Shown piece after piece: positions 1 through 13,552 of a stretch of DNA of 64,000 bases (the stretch's first letter is position 1; each line of letters starts with the position of its first letter). The notes beneath the pieces are model-generated. The model ran no database searches. It was not told the DNA's origin and saw nothing but the letters and a program-made list of their open reading frames with translations. The stretch is from Ramazzottius varieornatus (taxonomy: Eukaryota > Animalia > Tardigrada): assembly GCA_001949185.1 (NCBI GenBank), contig BDGG01000004.1, forward strand, positions 1,575,620 to 1,639,619, given 5' to 3'. The position numbers were made by a program, and so were the translations under genes.

Positions 1-678
1 TCATCTTCGAGTCGGGAAAGTGAAGATTGAAGCTAGACTGGTTTCCATTCAGCTGTACTCACAAGTCACAAATGCGACAGCAACATGACCCGGATGCTGG
101 CTCAACTTCTTACCTGTAGCTATATCCTAATTCCTTTGCTTCCAACCGTCGGAGGATACCGCCAGTCCCCAGGGTGTGATTTCGAGAACTGGGAATCGAG
201 CATGACGGATCACTTCACAGATCATAGTCGAAATCTAGGACAGCACGAGCAGCGCACGTTTCGGAGGTAGTGGGATCTCCGCTCCTTAGAACAGCCTCTT
301 ATGAAGCGACCATGTACATTCTTAGCAGGGGAGTTATCTCGTCGGTACTTTCATGAGCAAAAGATCGGACGTCGGATGACAGCCAGAACGGCGCGTACCG
401 GGGGGATTCTTTACGCGGACCCGGACCAATCTCGTCCCACTTCATTGGCACTTTAAAGTACAAATCGAGGTTGGTTGATTAGTCGAAAAACCGAAAAAGT
501 CTGGTGGGGAATTTTCGCAATATCATCAGTGTACTTATCTGTTGTGGTTTGATTAGTTGATGGTCGTCATCGAGTGACAGGATGATTGGTCGTGAATCTT
601 GATCTCAGATACCGGAATCATTTGAAGATTTTTTTCTGTTGGCTCCTGAGTCTTGAATGCTGCTCATCTAGTACCGAA

Positions 679-1684
679 ATGAATTCCCACGCGAATGGTC
701 TTCTCAAGAATGTTCATCAGCTTCTAGAGCCACTCGACGAAGCCATAGATGTGCACACCGTCAAAGGAGACTACTCCTACTACCACTACGGCTGTGACGA
801 GATGGATGACTTCGGCTGGGGATGTGGTTTTGGCGTTTTGCAGACAATATGCTCCTGGATTGATCCCGCGGAACCCCCTGTCTCGATCACCGACATGATT
901 ACTGCCTTAGACGATATCGCAGACCCATCTTGAAATCCGGAAAGATCGACAAGACCTTGGATTGGCGCTTACGAAGCCTTTCTCGTCATCGACACGTTGT
1001 ACGATGTGCGTTACTTCCTTACTAAAATACTGGGTTTGTGCTTCTCTCAAGTTTTGCTCCGGTGACTAACATGCTTTTGATCTGGCAGGTGGTTTGCCGC
1101 ATCGTTCATCTCCCTCATCTGTCTTCTTTCGCGCAAGAAATCGGCTTACTGCAGCGGCATTTCGATGCTTGTGGATCGCCGGTATTTCTTGGTTAGCACA
1201 GCAATCATTCGCACTATATTTTGCATAGCAGGTTTCTCTTGTCGGCCTGATGACTGAGTATGATTCTCAATATTTCGTTGCTCTGAAAATATCTGTTTTC
1301 TTTCTTGCTTCCCAGGCAGAAATCAAGATTGCTACGGAAAATGTGTCCTTGGAACATACACTATTGCCGGACGCCATCACATTCTTGTTCTGGTGCGTTC
1401 TTCTGATACAGTATATCTAATTCTGAGTGGTGGCATCTCAGATGGCAGCACATGTAGCCAGCACTGACGCTCAATAACGACGGAAAAGAAACGGTTTTAT
1501 TTTCTTTCAGGACCCTCACTTCCATGGAAAACTGAGTAATCCGTCAGCGCCTGTGGTTTCCCCGTTCTTGAAGTGGACTCCCATCGATAGTCTTCAACAA
1601 GACTCGTTTTACAACATCCTTGTGCCATTATGTCACGGCAAACTAAATTCGCGCTTCAAGAAGAACCTCGTACCATGTGTATAG
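679..1684 (+). CDS. UFSP1: Ufm1-specific protease, short catalytic-domain-only UFSP1-like form (peptidase C78), with an in-frame TGA at 931-933 (readthrough, nonsense allele or pseudogene)
   Basis: Exons 679-1005, 1089-1191, 1316-1392, 1511-1684 joined by GT-AG introns with matching phases; 226 codons including the TGA. Motifs: YYHY..D..DDFGWGC (catalytic Cys), WIG, HF...GSPVFLG, LVLDPH (catalytic Asp/His), FYN. Confidence 0.85.
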
Positions 1685-4600
1685 GTAAGGTTTGTTTGTT
1701 CAGCATGCTTATTTGTGATTGTTCTCCGAACGAATGCCACTGAAAGATCAGGGAACCTAACCCTTGTCGGGGACATTATTATCTGCGAGCAGAATGTGCG
1801 TTGTTGGTACATGTTATCATACGGACTATGCTGGCAAGTGAGCAGGAGAGTTAGGCTGGGATCGGTGAGAAACTTACAACCACCGGTTCTTGAGTGGTTT
1901 CTTGTCGTTGCAGCTGTTTAGGCATGTCAGCAGGGAAACCGATATCCTATATCGTCCTCGGTGCTATTTACAGAAGAGCCAGATGTTGAGTTAGAAGTCT
2001 TCCGATTTTCATTACTGGCTCGGCTCATATTCCTTTTCACGTACCATTAACCGCGGTGACGTCGTGGCCGGAAGAAAAAGCTCTCTTTGTGGACGAGGAG
2101 CAGAAGAGGGGTAGCTTCAAGCTTCGTTTGGTTTTGTGGAGCCCAAGATATTCCTTCGTTCGGGAGGAGACAAAAATGAAATTATGCAAATATGGGAGTG
2201 CGTACCACATGAGGCACAATTACTCGAGCTTTCTCTTTTTTGAGGTCCCAATCAGCATGAATAAATTTCTTCGACCGGAACATTAGCATCATTCAGGGGC
2301 CCAAACTGCGGAACATTGTGAGCGATCGAGAGTGCTTGATGGACTGTTTTTTGACTCGTAGGTCTTCGTTGAGGCGTGACAGATTGGATTTGTGGATCGG
2401 AAAGGCGTAATCGTATGCTAATCGCACGAAAAGTTCGGGATACGTACTGGTAGATAGGAGGATGTGCTGTAATCAGCCGGAAGTGATGCAGTACGACTGA
2501 ACTTGACTCTGTCTTCCGATTCGCGAGCCGATATGGGGATACGGACCCTTAACTGATGTGGTGACGAGCTAAGAGTAGATGGTATTCCGTACTCGCGGGC
2601 TGTGTCTGCCAGCGGCATGGTGTCTCTTTCCTCAGGACAGAGAGCTTTGATCCGCTGTCATGTACGCGGTGAAACGTCTTGGTGAAGACCTTTGGTGTCG
2701 CAGATGGTACTGTTTGACGCTGTCGCAGGACGGAGGAGAAGGATAACTGCCGCTGATTTCCCAATAGATGTCTGCCCACTGACAAGCCGAAGCTTGATCG
2801 ATCCGGGTTCATAAGATTCCGGATAAACTGCCTTCATTATTTTTGAGTGATGAGTCTGCTTGTCCTTCTTCTTAGCACTTCCTGTCCTTTACATTTGACT
2901 CAGCTCTAGAATCTACGTCCTAGGTATACACGCTTCTGGGACGGTCTGGATCTGCTTGTACTGAGTTCTCTTGCTTCATCATCAAAGCCTCTCAACCGCA
3001 AATCAACCAAGGAGGTTTTTCCGCGTTGTCCTCCGAAGTGAGCAATTTATTCATCGAAGGAGATGATCTTGATAATCATATGACTGTTACTGTATAACGA
3101 GAGCCAGTGTGATATTGGGCGACGATTTCCACCTGCGCGCTAAAATTGTAAGTCCGCTCTTGCCCTCGCGTGGTAATGTCATTATTATTACCAGTATTTA
3201 TTGCTCAGGTTGGTTTGGCTTTACGCTTGAAGCTGATGAGATAGCATGCGATTTATATTCAGCATATTCAGTGCATTTTCTTGAATTTTTGTGATATAAC
3301 TTTTGAAGTGGAAAAGGAGGCGCAAAGCATGGGTCTTTGATGACGCGCTCGAGGTTTCTGTTATTCCCGACGGAGCATGCTTCGAGCAAATATCTCAAAG
3401 TAATGATATTGACAAACACTAATGGTTAGCTAAGTAGATGCCGGCAACTTGATCTATTAGGGCGTCAACGCTGAGGTATTTGCGGCTCGCCAGTTCTTCG
3501 CGTCAAATTTTCGATCAAGAGAGAATGACGGCTAGTTATGGCCCGAGGCTTACAGGCGCGTCCACGAACCGAAGAGCCTGAAGGGTCTTCCTTTTTCGAA
3601 GACTTGGTGTGATTTTACAAGCCCGAGGCTCAGATTTCTGTTCGTGGATCGAGCCGTCTTTTTGTGGAAACCCAAGCAGAACCTCCCGGTAACAGTGGAG
3701 AACCCTGTTTTGCGCATACCCCACGTTCAACCAGATAACATTGCATAGAAGGACTATAACGGAGCCGTTAATTTTATGGCTTTTACTTTTAGTACGCTTG
3801 ACAGTGAATGATAACCTATATATCGAACATGGTTTGTATCATACACTTGGTCATGAAATGGGCATTGCGGCCACCAATGAAAAAACAATTGAGACCACGT
3901 GGTACGGAATGCGGCCTCACGCCGGGCATTGCACGTGAGCATTATGTTTGCATTGTGATGTAATCGCAAAGCCAAAGGAGCATGTGAAAAGTGAAAGCAG
4001 AATGAATTTTATGAAAGCAACGATTATTTTGATGATCCATCTTGATTTTCATCAAGTTCCATTCTTTAGAGTACTACCCAGGCGATATCAAGTTGACCAT
4101 TAATATTTATGTCTTTATACTGTTCGGCCGTCTATGTATGAATATCGAGTTAAACTAACACTCAGAGTGTGGAATCTGGAAATTGGAGCAGGTTGCGTGA
4201 TCTGTTATGTTTGGCGTTTGTGCTACGGCATCATAGTTCACAGCCTATTACATTCGCGGAATACCACCGATTGATCGTCTCGCGTGCTACAAAGGTAGGT
4301 CTGTCTTTCGATTAGAATCTCTGAGATATTTTGTTAATCAACGCTACGGACAGATTCAATAACCTGAGTAATTTTTAGGCTAATCCACAGCTTCGCGTTG
4401 ATAGTTTACGGCTCAACCGGAAGTGAGGACGTTAAAGTGTAGTCGGGGGAGCTTTTTTTATGGTCGGACGTATCCCGCATGACAGCGGACAAGACGTACA
4501 GGGGAAGACGGCAGTTGGGCAAACATAACGTGGTGTTTTGGGTTGAGGGAGAAGGAGGCTCGCTCGGGTCGATGTTGTCTTGTTGATCCAAATTCCAGCG

Positions 4601-5145
4601 GACGTATGCAAGCGAAGATCGAGTTCATGTAAAAGTTTTCCTATCCTCTTCCCCCTGTTCACTTCTATAATTTGTAAGGCAAATCGACTGTTTGCCAAGC
4701 TCGTCCAGCCGATCAATCACTATCGTTTATGCGGAAAAAGAATTGCCCAGTTTCTTCGTTATAGTATGGTCCCTTATATCACAGTGACGCTTGTCTTGTT
4801 GGACAAAGTCTTTCCTCTTCAGCAATTCTTCCCTTGTTGCATCATGTGTTTTTACGGCTGCATGTGGTGTGTTTGATATCGCAGTACCATCACTGGAAAA
4901 TTTCAATCGTAGGAGAGATAAATAAATTTGCGGTATTTCAATCGGTTTATTTTCTCTGTTTGCAGTTCACAATGCCGATGAAGACGTCTTTCATGCTCCC
5001 ATTTTGGTCGGTAGGAAGCTGAGAATGGTGTGATTTGTCAGCGGAGAAAACTCGGCGAAAAGGGACGGTCGTTCGAACGTGTTAACCGATTTGTCGGTGT
5101 ATTTGTTAATTTTTGTTTGACACATCGACGTTATCACCAGCAAAG

Positions 5146-8137
5146 ATGGTTCTTGACGTCGGCGGCGACTCAGCGGCCAAAGTCCCGCTGCACTCTGCCT
5201 CATCGACAAATCGGATAAAGATAATTAGCAACATAAACGACGACGAACATGGCCCCACTTCCCACAGCATCTCTTCCTACCAGAATAATCGGGCAGCCGA
5301 CGGGGAAAACGGCCAGATCGATCACACTGAAATGGTGCCTTTGCGGAAGCCGGACAATGTCTCACCTACCGAATCTGAACGCAAGGCCTCCAGAGCTGAT
5401 TCGCGTATCTATGGTATTTCGAGGATCTTTGACAGTTTCAGTCGTTTCATACACAAAGGCATCAATAATGACAGACCTGATACCATCCAAGAGATGGACG
5501 AAACGGCGCCGCTGTACAAAACAACGCCGCGACGATGGATAGTTCTCTTCGTCTTTGCCTTATACTCCATGAGCAATGCTTTTCAGTGGATTTCCTACTC
5601 CATCATAACGGACAAGATCGTCTTCTTTTACGATGTTTCAGCCGGCGTCGTCGACTGGCTTTCCATGATCTACATGCTAACGTAAGACCGCTAATCTTTT
5701 CTACAACTGGCCACTCACCTGCATACACGTATGCTATAACTTACCACGGGTGGCAGTGCGCATGTACCTGAATGTGTCTTAGTTTCGTGCACCTGCATAC
5801 TGGTGGGCCGTAGAGAATAACCAACCCGATGTATGCAGGCTGAAAAAAGTGGCTGTATCCGATCTGGTGACCTCTCAGTTTGCTTTTATGGTCCTTGCGA
5901 CTGTTGAGAGATAGGGTTTTGTCTGTTCCAGGTATATTCCTTTAGTTTTTCCCGCGACATGGCTGCTAGACAAGAAAGGCCTGCGGATTGTAGCGCTGAT
6001 TGGCTCCTTTGGGAATTTCATCGGTAGTGCCATCAAGTGCTTCAGTCCTTATCGGGATCAATTTGCCGTTACATTCGTCGGACAAACCATCTCGGCCATC
6101 TCGCAGATATTCATACTAGGTGGGTTACGATTTATTTGTTATGACTTTATCAAATTTCTCTTCTCTTTATATTTTCTGGTATGTATTTAGGCGACTTCCG
6201 CCACCTGCTATGCTGAGTATTTGTTGTAGGACTTCCGGCGCGCCTTGCGGCCGTGTGGTTTGGCTCTTCGGAAGTGGCAGTGGCAACGGCCATCGGCGTC
6301 TTTGGAAACCAGGTATGCTCCGAATGTAAACATCCGCGCCACTCACTTTAGGTTCTCTGGAATGATATCGAATGTCCCCGAGAGGATTTTTTTATTGATT
6401 TTTGCCCCGGTTTTTTTTGAAACTTTGGTTTCCGAGTAGCACAAAAACTTCTATCACAACTTCCTCGTAAACATATTCCTGTGTTTATCGGGCTCGTTTC
6501 TGCATGTTGTCGTATTGTTCGGCGCTCTTGAAATGGAAGCTCCTAAGGGAATTTATCGATCACCATCCTTCGCGTTTTTCCAGTTGGGTGTCGCGCTTGG
6601 CTTTTTACTTCCACCTATCCTTGTTCCCACTGTGAACGCCAACGACTCGGCAACAGGGACGATAATCAGCAACGACACAATAAAAGATCTCTATGGACAG
6701 AATCTCGCGACAATGTTTTATGGATCAACTGCCATCAATGGCTTCCTTTTCCTCATCGTATTATTCAGTGAGTGACGTCTTGTTATTTCTCGAGTGTCGA
6801 CTGTTAATGTATAATCCGCCCATTCTTTTCAATCACCCACTTGGGAATACAAAGCTCGCTCTATCATAGTTTTTCCGGTATATCTTCTACACTGTATAAC
6901 GTCTATTTTCATACAGGCATTAGTAATTTTTCTTATCTGGTATTCCTTTTTACAGTTTTCCAAGATGCTCCTCGATATCCACCCAGTCCGGCCCAAGCTG
7001 CGGTCTTGGCGGAAGCGGCCAACACGACGTACTTCAACTGGATAGTGGCCCTGGTCAAGAACCGTAATTTCTGGATGCTACTGCTGAGCTACGGCATCAA
7101 CGTTGGTGCTTTCTACGCCATCAGCACACTGCTCAATCAGTGCATTCTGCACTTCTTTCCAGTAAGTTGTCCGATATCGCAGAAGATGATGGATCAGGTT
7201 CGTTTGGGCAGATCTATTAATGGAATAATCGATCGGGACGACAGTTGCTTTGTGTCAAGTTTGCAAAGGCTGTCTAAATTCAGAGACATCATCAATGGTT
7301 GCCTCAGACGTCAGTCACAGACTGATTCTTCCGGTTATCTAACCGACCTTCGTTCTCTGTTTGCAGACGGAACACGAGAACGTCGGCCGTATCGGTCTCA
7401 CCATTGTTCTAGCTGGACTCGTGGGATCGTTCGTCGGCGGGCTATGGTTATCGTGGAGTGGCAACTACAAGTAGGTTCCTTCCAAGTTGGACGTTTATAG
7501 CCTTCCAGCTGTCAAAGATGTTCGACCCAGACCGATATGGTGAAATTTATCTTTGCAGAACGACGACGTTCGTTATTTACTTGTTATCCTTTTTGAGCAT
7601 GATTGCGTTCACGGCAACGTTGAATCTGGGTCAGTTATGGCTGGTGTTCGTTATCGCTGGACTGTTAGGGTACGCTAAGAAACCTAATCTGGTTCGATGT
7701 GAAAGTACTTGATCGATAATAGTGTTCGCTGTGGTTAATAGGTTTTTCATGACGGGATATCTTCCGGTTGGTTTCGAGTTTGCCGCCGAGATCACATACC
7801 CGGCGCCCGAAGGCACTTCCTCGGGCCTCTTAAATTGCAGTGCTCAAATTTTCGGGTTTATTTTAACGGCGACTATGGGTGCTGTCTTGGAGAGATGGGA
7901 TCCCATTACGGCTAATGGAGCCATTGCAGCCATATTATTTTTTGGCACGGTGATGACGTGTAAGTGGTCCGAATTAGCTCTGTTCTGTTGTCGAAGAACT
8001 TGTCACGTTAGCATTTCGGCTTTGCAGTTTTCATCAAGTCTGATCTTCGGCGGACAACTGTCACTAATTCGATAAATGCCAACAGCGGCCAGCCTCTCCC
8101 AACCATCCATGTGGAGAATGTACAGATACATCAGTGA
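5146..8137 (+). CDS. FLVCR2: FLVCR1/2 (SLC49) family MFS choline/ethanolamine/heme transporter
   Basis: Nine exons: 5146-5681, 5932-6119, 6230-6312, 6584-6767, 6956-7161, 7367-7470, 7559-7669, 7742-7959, 8028-8137. Motifs RRWIVLFVF..YSMSNAFQWI, RLAAVWFG...GVFGNQLG, PPSPAQA, GFFMTGYLPVGFEFAAEITYP.PEGTSSGLLN. FLVCR1 versus FLVCR2 cannot be resolved. Confidence 0.92.
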
Positions 8138-8714
8138 GGTAACCCAGCTCATGGAAGACGACATCTCTGACGCACGCACCGACGGACAGGGTTCTCCGCC
8201 GAGAGGTCTTCATGGCAACGAATCTTTTTAAAGTTTTAGAATCTGAATTCTTGGCATCATCATTTTGATTTTGCCTGTACATGACGGGGTATGAACTGCT
8301 CTGATGCAATAGAGACAGTCTTTATGCTCTCTAGTCCCCTTCATGACAATTGTTCCTTTTCCCGGTTCCTAAATAGACAGATTTACCCGTGTTGTTTTTA
8401 GCTGTTACTGTTTTTGTTGGAAAAGTATTTTGCTTGAAACTATATTAACCTAGGCCTGTCCGGTCTAAGAATAGCTGGGTCTAGGTCATGTTTCTCAAAG
8501 GTCCAGAAACCTAAGCCATCATGGAACAGATGATAAACAATTTACATTAGATAGGCGTTCGACATTTGGCAGTGGTTTTATCTTGCGAGGGCTTCGCCGC
8601 AGAACGTTTATTCTTAGGTATTTCCACAAAGTACAGTAGAACGAGATTTCGGCATTAGGCGGAAGAGGACAAAGAAAACGCTATAAAAAATGGAATATCA
8701 TTTCCGTCCGAATG

Positions 8715-9777
8715 CTACTTACGCCCATCAGTTCCCTTTGAGTCGGCTGTTAAGACTCCTCGACGAACAACGCAATCAAAATACCGTCGATACGCTAGAC
8801 CAACGCACCTCAGAATGCCCATTAAAAAAAACTGCTGGACAGGTTCCATCATAGAAATCACGGGAGACATGCCCGAATTTATACAGCCCAGCATAAAGCC
8901 ATCAATACCGATATACGACATGAACTTTCCGCTTTGGGTATCATCTAACAGAATCCGAGCAACGTGTTCTGCAGTGTAAAGTCCCGCTGTCTGAGAGATG
9001 GTCCTGGTAATTTCGGGCTTGTTTTTTTCTTCCTCTTTGAAGCCCGGAGTGTCCGTATCGGGTGGGTGGATCAGCGTTATGGGAATATTGAAAGGCTTCA
9101 GCTCCATCTCTAGCGCTTCTGCCAGACCTCGTAAGGCGAACTTGGCTGCGGAGTATGCCGTGAAGCCATACAGTCCAACTTGTCCAGCTTGAGATGACAC
9201 GAAGACCATCCGGCCACTCTTCCTTGCTTTCATCTGAGGAACCAGAGCCTTCGTCGCGTAAACCGATCCAAAGTAGTTGACATCCATAAGACGATGGAAC
9301 TCATCAATAGGCGTATCCTCGAATGCAGCACTGCTCGAAGTACCTGTGAGAGTCAACCAGCTGGGCTAGTTTCCGCATAACTCCAGTAACATACTCTCAT
9401 ACCTTACCTGCACAGTTGACCAACACGTCCACCGGTCCATTTTGTTCCACAGCCTCTTGCATGGCTGAAGTTACTGCAGCTTCGTCGGTCACATCCATTG
9501 CAATGCCCCACACTTTCTGGCTGCTAAAGCGGTGGTCGATGCTGCCGATGGCTTGCACGGCTTCCTGCAGTTGTAGTTTCTTCCTTGCCATGATCGTAAC
9601 TTTTGCTCCTCGGTTAAAAGCTTCCCTGGCCACGGCGAAACCGATTCCGTAGGATCCACCGGTGATGACTACATGCATACCCATCAAGTTCATTTGCTTC
9701 GGTGCCAGCAACGGCGATATCATGTAGAGAGCAAACAGGAACACCACCAAGAACGCAATCGCGATCGTCACTTCCAT
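8715..9777 (-). CDS. KDSR: 3-ketodihydrosphingosine reductase (SDR family)
   Basis: Two exons (9777-9408, 9343-8715). N-terminal TM segment, TGGSYGIG Rossmann motif, LVNCAG, SSQAGQVGLYGFTAYSAAKFALRGLAE, PPDTDTPGF..E. Confidence 0.95.
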
Positions 9778-9882
9778 TCTAGAGACAAAGTGAAGGGATT
9801 CTTCCTGGACAATGCCCAGAACTGAAAAAAATGGGCTGGTAATCGTTGATGATCAGCTAAATACTGTTCATGTCGTTAAAGG

Positions 9883-10159
9883 CAGCGGTGGACGGGTGAT
9901 TTATTTAGTGAATTACGCTAACCACGGAACGGCTCACACCCTCAAGCGCAGCCCAACCTTGAAACGGCAATCGGTCGATCAATATCTCATATGAAAAATA
10001 CTGTTCCGAATGCCGTTCGAGCACCATGTCTCTTGTTCACTAGAGGTAGAATTCGCGCACTGATGATAAGATTGCCCGTTTCACTGGTTCTTGACAGGTC
10101 GTAGGTGGCGGTTCCGTGATATTCGATATCAGGCTGAATAAATCACCCGTCCACCGCTG
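9883..10159. mobile_element. 277-bp MITE, hAT-like non-autonomous DNA transposon
   Basis: Perfect 23-bp terminal inverted repeats (CAGCGGTGGACGGGTGATTTATT at 9883-9905; reverse complement at 10137-10159). Inverted subterminal CACGGAAC motif. Flanking 8-mers GTTAAAGG / GCTGAAGG match 6/8, consistent with a degraded 8-bp target-site duplication. Confidence 0.75.
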
Positions 10160-10795
10160 GCTGAAGGGCCCCAATCAACTTCCGGTATCAATCAAGAAAC
10201 CGACTGCTCTTAGTGACATATGACATGACAATTGCGTTCGTTTGTCGGTGATGTCATATCATCCGGCGAACCTTACAACCGCCACAGTCGCGGTTTCGGG
10301 AACTCTAATGGCCGGCCATCTTTTCAATCTGTTGACGTCGAATTCGTCGAATTCGACCTTCGAACGACAGGTCTCGCGGTTTGGACTTACTTCCTTTATC
10401 AAATAACTCTCACAGAGATGCTTTTCCGGTGAAGAAACACAGACGATCGCCTGTGAGTTCAAATGACGTCTCCGTGAGCGAATTCGTTGGTTTTGAAACA
10501 CATCTGAAAAAAGTGACTCTTTTCGAGTGATCTTGGAGCAGGCGGAACATAAAAGGTCCTGCAGGTTTCTTGTTGGGATTTCAGATTCAAATCGAGTTAT
10601 CCGGATGTCAACGCGGGTTTTCGAAAGCATGCTTACAATGTCCAAGCAAAACACATAGACAGACAGAGTAAATCAGAAACTCAAAATATGATCTCAGGGA
10701 AAACGGATACTATTTTCAGTGAACTAAAACAATGCCGACTCGCAGTTCAACGTACCTAGCCTAGCTCTGAACTACAGAAAGGGGTTTGTTATTGG

Positions 10796-11923
<1,128 letters not shown>

Positions 11924-12501
11924 TGTGGAACCTGAAATAGCTAGCCGACTAGTTACGATTCGTTTACCTCTGGCTGGAAGTCGAAAGATCTGACCAGAAA
12001 GCGATACCAACTCTGCAAAACGTTAACGTACCGTCTAGACTCTGGTACCGTATATATGTACGTGTATAATTCGTTGATAAATGGTAATGCAGAAGAAAAA
12101 CAAACTCGAGTTTGCGATCACCAAACTGGAAGCATAAATAGCTTTGGCCTTCTCAATCACCCAGTCAATCGACGATGAGCATGTCTCACTCAGAGTTACT
12201 CCAGTGACTTCAAATACGAATATACGATCTTCATTCCTTTGACATTTGACTCATTTCTCTCGAAGATATGCTTTGATCTCTTGACGCCGGATAATAAACA
12301 AACGCAGGATTTGCTTCATTCATTCTATCTCGTGAAATCTGACGGCCTTAGGTATCGTGCATCGTTCAGAGTCGAGGCGGACCGCCCAGGAGAAGGGCAA
12401 CTATTCCAAGGTATCGTATGCTGTCATCCATTTCCGTCTCACACGCTTTCTTCCCGCTAGGTCAGCCTAGAAAGGTGTTTGACTGGATTTTCTGTTCGCA
12501 G

Positions 12502-12798
12502 ATGGCGTTCAAAGGTGGCAACAAGGTACAGAAGGTGATGGTGCAGCCCATCAACCTGATTTTCCGTTATCTCCAGGAGAAAGCACGAGTGCAAGTTTGG
12601 CTGTACGAGAACACCAAGATGAGGATCGAAGGAGTCATCATCGGATTTGACGAATACATGAACCTCGTTCTGGATCAGGCTGAAGAATTTTACGTGAAGA
12701 CGAAGACAAGAAGGCCGATCGGGAAAATCCTTCTCAAAGGAGACAACATCACACTCATCCATGGGATGCAAAAGGGAGAGAAAGCTGCTGTCGGTTGA
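12502..12798 (+). CDS. SNRPE: Small nuclear ribonucleoprotein E (SmE), intronless CDS, 98 aa
   Basis: [18 protein letters not shown]...[25 protein letters not shown]...[12 protein letters not shown] at 12502 directly follows ttttctgttcgcag. Confidence 0.97.
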   Translation: MAFKGGNKVQKVMVQPINLIFRYLQEKARVQVWLYENTKMRIEGVIIGFDEYMNLVLDQAEEFYVKTKTRRPIGKILLKGDNITLIHGMQKGEKAAVG

Positions 12799-13520
12799 TT
12801 GTTGATTGGTTGAGCGCGATACAGACCGCCATTGTGCACTGTCCGCTGGTTGCTATATCTGCAGTTTTACTGATGGTCGGTCCCGAAAGATTCGCACCGC
12901 ACATTCTCTGTTTGCGTTAACTTTTTTATTGTTACTAGATCCGTATAACAAGCTACCTATCCGAATGCTCCGAATCAACCGTCAAGCAATTCGGGACCTG
13001 AGTATCAGGTATATTTCGGTCGAAATGTTGCCTTAGAATGATCTTGGGGTAGAATTTCCATCTTGTCCTCGCCTATTACTCTGTACGTATTCCTTCTGAT
13101 GACAGAATCTTTTACTTGGACAATAAAGTGGAAAACGAGTTTTTTTTGCGTCGACACAAGGGGAGTAGAAGGCTAAAGAATGACTTCAGCTACTCCATCG
13201 TTCGTGATGACTGCATCATCGTCTGCATGACAAGCCCGACAGACTCGGACAAAGGTTCTGCATCAAGATTCGGAAGAGTCTTCGCTTTCGTAAGGTGGCC
13301 CGAGAGACCGATTCTGTTGGTCAAATCAGTCATCGTGTGGGTCCTTTCCGGTTGACTAATCGAGGACAATGTTGACCGAGCACCAGGAACCAGTCGAATG
13401 GATTCGCTCAGTGCGAAAGGGCGAATAACTAATCCGTAGTACTAGCCCCGAGCAAAGGTCCCATGGATAGCCACCGGTGTGGATCTGACGAGCTTGAGAG
13501 GTTTGAATTTTGGTAAAACT

Positions 13521-13552
13521 GTAAGTCGGTAAGTCGGTAAGTCGGTAAGTCG
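13521..13552 (+). repeat. Tandem repeat (GTAAGTCG)x4
   Basis: Four perfect 8-mers read directly; each contains the 5' splice-site consensus GTAAGT. Confidence 0.9.

Noticed and set aside
1-360. Possible 5' end of a minus-strand gene (donor CAG|GTAAG near 113, acceptor near 53)
   Set aside because: No recognisable protein, and it runs off the window edge; cannot be supported.
586-678. TTG-initiated N-terminal extension of UFSP1 in the ORF track
   Set aside because: No homology; the ATG at 679 already precedes the whole catalytic domain.
1684-2300. SECIS candidates at GTGA 1715 and 2056
   Set aside because: No proper 3' GA quartet or helix II pairing by eye; needs SECISearch for a firm negative.
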